Shown here piece by piece: positions 25,696-32,000 of a stretch of 32,000 nucleotides of DNA. A program made the position numbers and the translations under genes. Numbering within the stretch: the first letter of the stretch is position 1; each line of letters begins with the position of its first letter. Under the pieces are notes generated by a model, which saw only the letters and a program-made list of their open reading frames with translations, was not told the origin of the DNA and ran no database searches. The stretch comes from Halomicrobium mukohataei DSM 12286 (lineage in GTDB: Archaea; Halobacteriota; Halobacteria; Halobacteriales; Haloarculaceae), in assembly GCF_000023965.1 (NCBI RefSeq), contig NC_013201.1, positions 1 through 32,000 on the forward strand, written 5' to 3'.

Positions 25696-25883
25696 CTGTA
25701 CCACTCCGTTGGCGGGGACTTGATCGTGTCATGTGTGTTCGTGTGGCGATCGGACCGGCCCGAGAGCGGCTCGTGGAGAGCGTGTGACGGGATCTCGACC
25801 GACCGTCGACGGCGACCGCCCACGGGGGCCGACCCGATCGCACTGCCTATCGGTTGACAGAAAGGGCTTGTAAGTGTCCGTTG

Positions 25884-25951
25884 GAAACGGCCGTGAAACA
25901 GGTCTGAAACGCGTTTCGAACCCGTTTCAGGCGTTTCAAACCGGTGGAAAC
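25884..25951. promoter_or_regulatory. Phased GAAAC/GTTTC repeat array in a divergent intergenic region
   Basis: GAAAC occurs at 25884, 25895 and 25906 (11-nt spacing). GTTTC follows at 25913, 25924 and 25933, and GAAAC again at 25947. The array contains the perfect palindrome gaaacgcgtttc (25906-25917). Confidence 0.45.
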
Positions 25952-25988
25952 CAGCACCTTCTTGGGAGGACGTTCGGTCTCGAAAGAC

Positions 25989-26654
25989 ATGAAGACGGTC
26001 GTGCGGTCCCGAGTGGTGTTGGTCCTCGCACTCGGCGTCCTCGGCGGCAGTATCGCGCTGTTCGCGACCGTGACCGGCGTCACTGCGGCGGTCACACCAC
26101 CCGCGGAACACGAGTTCGCGATCGACGACGGACAGCTCGTCGAAACGAGCGGTGAGAGCGACCGGACGGTGGTCGCCGATCTGCGTACCGTCGAGCGAGT
26201 CGAGATCACCGGTCGCGGGAGCCACCTCGTCGTGGCGACGACACCGCGCGAGCCGGTAGAGCTCCCGCTCGCGACCCGAGAGCGTGCCAAAGAGATCGTG
26301 CGGACGGCGGGGGCGTTCGCCGACGGGTCCACGCCGGACGGTGCAGTGTACACGATCCGACCGATCCCCGAGTCCGTTCGAAGCGACACCGCCGCAGTGG
26401 CGGGAGCGGATCCACAGACGGCGTGGACGCAGCTCGCGCCGGCCAACGACTCCGCGTTCACCCTGCGAGAGCGAGCCGACGGCGTCGTCGTCGAGCGGAC
26501 CGAACGGCGAGTCAGCGACCGGCGAGCGCTGGTGGTCGTCGATCCGGTCGAACGAGAGACGCGGTACAGCGTCGTCGTGGATCTGGAAAACGAGACGGTC
26601 GACGCGTTCGTCCGGCTCAGAGAGGGGTCCGGCACGTCCCCTCGTGGACGATGA
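25989..26654 (+). CDS. Hypothetical membrane-anchored protein
   Basis: The ATG at 25989 within ORF 25944..26654 gives MKTVVRSRVVLVLALGVLGGSIALFATVTG (N-terminal TM/signal anchor). The stop overlaps the next gene's start (ATGA at 26651-26654). Confidence 0.7.
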   Translation: MKTVVRSRVVLVLALGVLGGSIALFATVTGVTAAVTPPAEHEFAIDDGQLVETSGESDRTVVADLRTVERVEITGRGSHLVVATTPREPVELPLATRERAKEIVRTAGAFADGSTPDGAVYTIRPIPESVRSDTAAVAGADPQTAWTQLAPANDSAFTLRERADGVVVERTERRVSDRRALVVVDPVERETRYSVVVDLENETVDAFVRLREGSGTSPRGR

Positions 26655-27205
26655 GCGACGAGAGCCGCGACCGCCGAGCGCTCGTCGCCGCCGGGATCTT
26701 CGTCGCCGCGACGGCTGTGACGGTCGCGATAGCCGCCCGCCTCGTCACGCCGCCGTCGATCACGGTCGCGATGGGAGACGCCACCGTGCGGGCCGGGAGG
26801 GTGGGTCCGTCGCTTCGTCCCGGCGACGCGATCGCACTCACGGTCGCGGCGTTCGCCGCTGGTGCGAGTGCGACCGTCCTCCTCGTCGACGGCGAGCCTG
26901 TGTCGCCAGCGGACCGACCCGTCACAGAGCCCGACGACCCAGCCGACAGCGAGCAGACAGCGCCCTCGGAGCTGCTTGCGGCCCGGCGGAGCGAGTGGGA
27001 AGAGATAGCAGACCGTCTCGCGAACAACGAGCGGCTCGTCTACGAGGCCGTACTCGACGCCGACGGCGTGCTCCCACAGAGCGAGATCGTCGAGCGGACG
27101 GACGTGTCGAAAGCGACCGTCAGCCGGGCGCTGGACAACCTCGAAGCGAGGGACCTCATCGAGCGCAAGCGCCGCGGGATGGGGAACGTCGTCGTCCTCT
27201 CGTGA
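26651..27205 (+). CDS. Membrane-anchored winged-helix (MarR/TrmB-like) transcription regulator
   Basis: The ATG at 26651 within ORF 26423..27205 gives MSDESRDRRALVAAGIFVAATAVTVAIAA (TM helix), and a second hydrophobic segment follows. The C-terminal wHTH reads NERLVYEAVLDADGVLPQSEIVERTDVSKATVSRALDNLEARDLIERKRRGMGNVV. Confidence 0.75.
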   Translation: MSDESRDRRALVAAGIFVAATAVTVAIAARLVTPPSITVAMGDATVRAGRVGPSLRPGDAIALTVAAFAAGASATVLLVDGEPVSPADRPVTEPDDPADSEQTAPSELLAARRSEWEEIADRLANNERLVYEAVLDADGVLPQSEIVERTDVSKATVSRALDNLEARDLIERKRRGMGNVVVLS

Positions 27206-27291
27206 TCCGCTGTCGACCGCGCTGGCGGCGGGCCGGGACCGTCGGCCAGACGATGTGAAAGGTTAATTCGGAGCGCCTGTAACAGGCCCCC

Positions 27292-28314
27292 GTGAGCGAG
27301 TACAGCCCTGTTCCCTCCCCCGATGCGACGACCGTGTTCCCGTATCACGATCTCACCCCGCCAGCGACGGCCGACGTGTACGAGGCCCGTCGCGTCGTCG
27401 ACGACCACCTCCCGCGAACGCCGCTCGTCCGGAACGAGTCCCTCTCGGCCGAGTTCGACGCCGACGTGTACCTCAAGCGCGAGGATACCCTGCCGACCGG
27501 GGCGTTCAAGGTCCGCGGCGGCGTCACTCTCGCGTCGCGCCTCGACGACGAGTTCCGCGAGTCGGGCCTGATCGCCGCGAGCACCGGCAACCACGGGCAG
27601 TCGGTCGCCTACGCCGGCCGTGCGTTCGACGTGCCGGTGACCATCGTGGTGCCCGAGGCGGCCAACGCCGCGAAAGTGGCCGCGATGGAACGGCTCGGTG
27701 CCGACGTGCAGTTCCGCGGCGCTGACTTCGACGAGGCCCGAGAGCACGCCGAGGACCTGGCCGCGCAGGCGGGCTATCGATACGTCCACTCCGCGAACGA
27801 GCCGAGCCTCGTCGCCGGGGTCGGGACCGCCGGCCTCGAGATCGTCGAGACGCTGCCGGACCTCGACTATCTGTTTTGTCCCGTCGGTGGCGGATCGAGC
27901 GCCGCCGGCTACTGTCTGACTGTGGGTGCGCTCACGGACGCCACGGTGATCGGAGCCCAGTCGGAGGCGGCACCGGCGATGCGCCGGGCCTGGGCCGACG
28001 ACACGCTCGAACCTCACGATCGGATGGAGACGTTCGCCGAGGGTGTCGCGACGCGCGTCCCGTTCGCGCTGACGACGACGGTCCTCCGCGAGCGACTCGA
28101 CGAGTTCCGGCTCGTGAGCGAAGCGGCCCTCCGGCGAGGCGTTCGCGATCTGTTCGTAAACGAGGGGTTGCCCATCGAAGGTGCCTGTGCGACGAGCCTG
28201 GCGGCGATGAGACAGCGCGCGGACGAACTGGCGGGGTCGACGATCGTGTTCCCGATCTCGGGCCGCAACATCGAGCCCGAAAAGCTGACCGACATCCTCG
28301 ACGGCGCGCCCTGA
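27292..28314 (+). CDS. PLP-dependent threonine/serine dehydratase (threonine ammonia-lyase family, no ACT domain)
   Basis: GTG start. The PLP-lysine motif is LPTGAFKVRGG. STGNHGQSVAYA and the glycine-rich loop PVGGGSSAAG are present. The 340-aa length matches short catabolic-type or serine-racemase-like members. Confidence 0.88.
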   Translation: MSEYSPVPSPDATTVFPYHDLTPPATADVYEARRVVDDHLPRTPLVRNESLSAEFDADVYLKREDTLPTGAFKVRGGVTLASRLDDEFRESGLIAASTGNHGQSVAYAGRAFDVPVTIVVPEAANAAKVAAMERLGADVQFRGADFDEAREHAEDLAAQAGYRYVHSANEPSLVAGVGTAGLEIVETLPDLDYLFCPVGGGSSAAGYCLTVGALTDATVIGAQSEAAPAMRRAWADDTLEPHDRMETFAEGVATRVPFALTTTVLRERLDEFRLVSEAALRRGVRDLFVNEGLPIEGACATSLAAMRQRADELAGSTIVFPISGRNIEPEKLTDILDGAP

Positions 28315-28380
28315 TCGGCCGGGCTCGCGGGGACACTCCCCAATACCTATCTCAGAGGAGCCAGAGAAGGCAGACAACGA

Positions 28381-31300
28381 ATGGGAGGGACACAGCCAGG
28401 AGCGACGCTGGCCGCGAGCGTCGGCATCGAGATCGAGGGCGGCCACTGCGAGCAGTTGCTCTCCCGAGGGCAGTCGCTGCCGGCGTCGGCGACAGAGACC
28501 TTCACGACGGCCGAAGATAACCAGCAGACGGTCCAGATTCGTCTGTTCCAGGGCGATCAGGAACGTGTCGAGGGAAACGAGCTGCTCGGAGAGTGTACGG
28601 TCTCCGGCCTCGTACCTGCCCCCGCGGGCGTGCCGGACGTAGCAGTCACGTTCACCGTCGACAGAGCGGGAGTCCTGCAGGTCTCGGTCCAGAACGGCAC
28701 CGGCGACGCGACACTCCAGATCGAGGGACAGCGTGAGTTCGACGGCGTCGCGGTCGAGACGGCGGGAAGGACCGACGCAGATCCGACCAACGACGTGATA
28801 CTCGGCGTCGATCTGGGGACGACCGCCAGCGTCTGTGCAGTTCCGGTGGACGGCGAGCCCGAAATCGTCGTCAACAGCGAGGGAGACCGTGCGACACCCT
28901 CCGTGCTGTCCGTCGACGACGACGGAACCCTGCTGGTGGGCAAAGCGGCCCGGAAGCGAGCGATCTCTCGACCGGAACAGACCATCGCGTCGGTCAAGCG
29001 TGTCCTCTTGGGCGAGGACGGGACGGTCGAGTTAGGCGAGCGAGAGTACTCGACCGTGGAGCTGGCGGGGATGCTGTTCGAGAAGTTGCGCTCTGACGCC
29101 GAGAGCGCCGTCGGGCGGCCCGTCGAGAAGGCGGTCGTCACCGTCCCCGCGGTGGCGTCGGTTCGCCAGCGGGGCCGCATCGACCGAGCCGGCGAGATCG
29201 CCGGCCTGGAGATCGAACGGACGATCGGCGACGCGGCGGCCGCGGTGATGGGATACGCTTACGGGAGCGACGGAGAACAGACCGTGCTGGTCTGCGATCT
29301 CGGCGGTGGCTCGCTGAGCGTCTCGCTGCTGGACGTGGAGAACGACATCTACGAGATCGTGGCCAACGGCGGAGACGACGAGCTGGGGGGCAACGAGTGG
29401 GACGCGGCGATCGTCGACCACCTCGCCGACCAGTTCGAGGCGGACCACGGCATCGATCTGCGCGAGGACCCACAGGCCCGCAGACGGCTGGCCGACGCAG
29501 CGGCGGCCGCGAAGATCGAACTCGCCTCGCGCGAGCGGACGCGGATCGACGTACCTTACGTCGCGGCGACGGACGACGGCCCGCTGGATCTGAACGCGAC
29601 GCTCACCCGCGATACCGTCGCGTCACTGACCGAACCCCTCGTCGAGCGCGTCGTCGAGTCGGTCAGGGCAGTCCTGTCCGGAAGTCGACACGGCGCGGAC
29701 GACATCGACGAGATCCTCCTCGTCGGCGGCGCGAGCCGGCTCCCGCAGGTCCGAAACAGAATCGAGACGCTGGTCGGACAGCAGACGGCCAGACGCGTCA
29801 ACGAGGAGGTCACCGCACTCGGGACGGCCGTGCAGGCGGGCATCCTCTCGGGCGCGGTCGACGACGTGGTGTTGCTGGACGTGACCTCACTGTCGCTGGG
29901 CATCGCGGTCGAGGGCGGTGGGTTCGAGCGCATCGTCGAGCGAGGCGAGACCATCCCCACCGTCGAGTCAGTGGAGTTCACCACGACGGTGGACGACCAG
30001 ACGGCGGTGCCGATACGGGTGTTCCAGGGCGAACACGAAACCGCCACACGGAACGAGTTGCTCGCCGAGTTCGTACTGACCGACGTGCCGCCGACCTCGG
30101 CCGGGACGCCGGCGATCGAGGTCACGGTGAGCATCGACGAGAACCGGTGGATCAACGTCGAGGCAGACCACGACGGCGACAGTGAAGCGATCACGATCGA
30201 TCCCGCGACGGAGCGATCGCTGCGGGATGGAACGAGACGCCAGTCCGAGCAGGAACGGCCCGCACCCCGACTGGTTACCACTCGGGACGAAGACGAGGCG
30301 ACGGCATCCGACGAAAGCCCGGAGACGAGCGCCGCGAGGGATCTGGAGACGCTGATCGACGAGGCCCTCGACGTACGCAACCAGCTCCATCGTGGCGTCC
30401 TCTACTGTCGCCGGTCGATCGACAACGAGGTGGCGGATCTCCGCGACAACCTCGAAAAGACGACCCGAAACATCGAGTCGATCGTCGGGACGAACACGGA
30501 GAGCGCGGACAAACGCGACGAGGACGGCGAGGAGGTGGGCGACCGGCTCGTCGGCGAGCTGGCGGCCGTCGAGGACTCGCTGCGGGCACTGCTCGACGAG
30601 GACACGTCGACGGGGCTGGCGTTCGACGACCTCGAAGCGCTGGTCGACCGGATCGACCGCGGGCTCGAAGCGGCGGGACTCGTGCTCGTCGATCCCGACG
30701 GCGGGGCCGAGACGGACCCGTACCGCCATCGAGTGGTCTCCTCAACAGAGAGCTCCGTCCCGGAGGGGCGAATCGTCTCCGTCCAGCAGATCGGATACGA
30801 GCGCGACGGTGCGGTGTGCCGGGAGGCGACGGTGGTCGTCAGCGCCGGTTCTCCAGCGGAACGTGTCACAGCGGCCACGGGGCAGACCGATCCCGACCGG
30901 TCGGGCGATACACTCGATCGAGCGATCAGAGACGCACGCGCCCCGGCCGTCGAGCAGTTCCCGAGCCCACCACGACGGTCGGTGAGCTACGAGGACTTCG
31001 AGATCAGCGCGACGCTGGGAACCGGCGGCCAGGCAGTCGTGTACGAGACGACCCACCCGGCGATCGAGTCGCCGGCCCGGATCGCGCTAAAAGAACCGGC
31101 TCGCGGCGAGCGGACCCTGACACACGACGCGATCAGTTCGTTTCTACAGCGGGCACAGACGTGGCGGACCGTCGACGACCGCGAGCGAGAGAGTCGCCGG
31201 TGGCGCTCCCACGAGTACATCGTCGGCGTCGTCGACGTCGGGGACACCCGACCGTGGATCGCCATGGAGTACATGGACGGCGGTGACCTCGCCGAGCGAC

Positions 31301-31857
31301 TCGACGGCACCGAGGGGCTGCCGGTCGAGGAGGCCGTGTGGATCGGACAGTGTCTCTGCCGCGCGCTCGAAGTCGCACACGAGTACGGGATCGCCCACCT
31401 GGACATCAAGCCGGGGAACGTCCTCTTCACCGAAACGACACCGTCACGCTGGGACCTGCCGAAGCTCGCCGACTGGGGCCTCGCGAGAAAGCTGCTGGAC
31501 CGAGCCGACTCGATGGAAGGCTTCTCCCGACACTTCGCCGCGCCCGAACAGTTCGACGCCGAGACCTTCGGCGAACCGGACGCCGTCACGGACATCTACC
31601 AGGTCGGCGCTGTGCTGTACGCGATGCTACGCGGCGAGCCACCCGTGAGCGGCGGCCGCCTCGCCGTCCGCAAGCGAATCGTCCGCGACGACGGGCCACC
31701 GCCAGCCCCGAGTGCCGATCGTGACGACGTGCCGCCCGAACTCGACGAGATCGTACGCACGGCGCTGGCGACGGCAAAACGGGATCGGTACGAATCGATC
31801 CGGTATCTGCGAGACGATCTGGAAGCCCTGTGGAAGTCGCCGGACGATACCGTCTAG
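28381..31857 (+). CDS. Multidomain fusion: Hsp70 SBD-beta + Hsp70 (NBD + SBD-beta) + GrpE-like module + Hanks-type Ser/Thr protein kinase
   Basis: Single 1158-aa ORF. Domains in order:
- aa 10-116, SBD-beta: FTTAEDNQQTVQIRLFQGD, GLVPAPAGVPDVAVTFTVDRAGVLQVS.
- aa 138-492, Hsp70 ATPase: ILGVDLGTTAS, CDLGGGSLSVS, ILLVGGASRLPQV.
- Interdomain linker VVLLDVTSLSLGI, then a second SBD-beta (aa 496-608).
- aa ~725-822, GrpE-like: LAAVEDSLRALL...GLVLVDPDGGAETDPYRHRVV...GRIVSVQQIGYERDGAVCREATVVV.
- aa 868-1150, kinase: LGTGGQAVVY, IALK, HLDIKPGN, DWG, FAAPEQ.

The reading frame was checked at nt 31090 (AAA = K904), 31402 (GAC = D1008) and 31471 (GAC TGG GGC). Confidence 0.85.
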   Translation: MGGTQPGATLAASVGIEIEGGHCEQLLSRGQSLPASATETFTTAEDNQQTVQIRLFQGDQERVEGNELLGECTVSGLVPAPAGVPDVAVTFTVDRAGVLQVSVQNGTGDATLQIEGQREFDGVAVETAGRTDADPTNDVILGVDLGTTASVCAVPVDGEPEIVVNSEGDRATPSVLSVDDDGTLLVGKAARKRAISRPEQTIASVKRVLLGEDGTVELGEREYSTVELAGMLFEKLRSDAESAVGRPVEKAVVTVPAVASVRQRGRIDRAGEIAGLEIERTIGDAAAAVMGYAYGSDGEQTVLVCDLGGGSLSVSLLDVENDIYEIVANGGDDELGGNEWDAAIVDHLADQFEADHGIDLREDPQARRRLADAAAAAKIELASRERTRIDVPYVAATDDGPLDLNATLTRDTVASLTEPLVERVVESVRAVLSGSRHGADDIDEILLVGGASRLPQVRNRIETLVGQQTARRVNEEVTALGTAVQAGILSGAVDDVVLLDVTSLSLGIAVEGGGFERIVERGETIPTVESVEFTTTVDDQTAVPIRVFQGEHETATRNELLAEFVLTDVPPTSAGTPAIEVTVSIDENRWINVEADHDGDSEAITIDPATERSLRDGTRRQSEQERPAPRLVTTRDEDEATASDESPETSAARDLETLIDEALDVRNQLHRGVLYCRRSIDNEVADLRDNLEKTTRNIESIVGTNTESADKRDEDGEEVGDRLVGELAAVEDSLRALLDEDTSTGLAFDDLEALVDRIDRGLEAAGLVLVDPDGGAETDPYRHRVVSSTESSVPEGRIVSVQQIGYERDGAVCREATVVVSAGSPAERVTAATGQTDPDRSGDTLDRAIRDARAPAVEQFPSPPRRSVSYEDFEISATLGTGGQAVVYETTHPAIESPARIALKEPARGERTLTHDAISSFLQRAQTWRTVDDRERESRRWRSHEYIVGVVDVGDTRPWIAMEYMDGGDLAERLDGTEGLPVEEAVWIGQCLCRALEVAHEYGIAHLDIKPGNVLFTETTPSRWDLPKLADWGLARKLLDRADSMEGFSRHFAAPEQFDAETFGEPDAVTDIYQVGAVLYAMLRGEPPVSGGRLAVRKRIVRDDGPPPAPSADRDDVPPELDEIVRTALATAKRDRYESIRYLRDDLEALWKSPDDTV

Positions 31858-32000
31858 CTTCGATCTCAGTTTGCCGTCTGAAACCAGTCCGGCGACGATT
31901 CGTCTCGTCGAGGCTTCTTGCTTCAATCCCACAAGGGTCCGTCTGAAACTCCGAGACGTGTTCCCTCTCTAGCTGTGCATCTTCCGCTTCAATCCCACAA
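31857..32000 (-). CRISPR. Trailer end of a CRISPR array (haloarchaeal type I-B-like 30-nt repeat), continuing beyond the window
   Basis: The repeat gcttcaatcccacaagggtccgtctgaaac lies at 31920-31949, and its first 15 nt recur at 31986-32000. Its reverse complement GTTTCAGACGGACCCTTGTGGGATTGAAGC is nearly the Haloferax I-B repeat. A degenerate copy gcttcgatctcagtttgccgtctgaaac lies at 31857-31884. Spacers are 35 nt (31885-31919) and 36 nt (31950-31985) and are unrelated to each other. Confidence 0.85.

Noticed and set aside
25901-25912. ggtctgaaac (rc GTTTCAGACC) in the GAAAC array matches the first 9 nt of the CRISPR repeat (GTTTCAGAC).
   Set aside because: It is only a 9-nt match inside a low-complexity GAAAC/GTTTC array, which is compatible with chance. 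The rest of the repeat is absent.
28315-28380. Possibility that the PLP dehydratase and the Hsp70-kinase fusion are one system or operon.
   Set aside because: There is only a 66-nt gap on the same strand, so co-transcription is possible. However, the dehydratase looks like an ordinary metabolic enzyme and nothing in the sequence links the two. I left this as context, not a claim.

Overview
High-GC sequence with acidic predicted proteins and Halobacteria-type rRNAs, so this is a haloarchaeal chromosome segment. Contents from left to right:

- **59-11405:** a polysaccharide-utilisation-like locus. It has a CUT1-type ABC importer (Tat-lipoprotein binding protein, two permeases, MalK-like ATPase), a cytoplasmic LacZ-type GH2 beta-galactosidase, and a Tat-secreted PL8-family polysaccharide lyase with two tandem C-terminal DNRLRE/CBM-like modules.
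- **~11560-12000:** an AT-rich gap.
- **12513-17504, minus strand:** a complete rRNA operon (16S-ITS-23S-5S). I can find no tRNA-Ala in the spacer and no tRNA-Cys after 5S.
- **18109-24552:** a small acidic ORF, a lone sufB, an HTH_10 (Bat-type) regulator followed by 2.4 copies of an 81-bp hairpin-forming tandem repeat, a Zn/Cd-type P1B ATPase with palindromes upstream, and an Fe/Mn superoxide dismutase.
- **24742-28314:** a secreted hypothetical protein, a divergent two-gene operon (membrane protein plus membrane-anchored wHTH regulator) behind a phased GAAAC/GTTTC array, and a PLP-dependent threonine/serine dehydratase.
- **28381-31857 (top candidate):** a 1158-aa single ORF that fuses an extra Hsp70 substrate-binding domain, a full Hsp70 ATPase plus substrate-binding domain, a GrpE-like exchange-factor module and a Hanks-type Ser/Thr kinase. 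Its stop codon touches the degenerate terminal repeat of a type I-B-like CRISPR array that runs off the window at 32000.

A ~50-nt sequence occurs twice in direct orientation, at 4640 and 24702. It overlaps the stop codons of two minus-strand genes and brackets ~20 kb that includes the rRNA operon.

All calls come from reading the sequence and ORF translations; no database search was possible.
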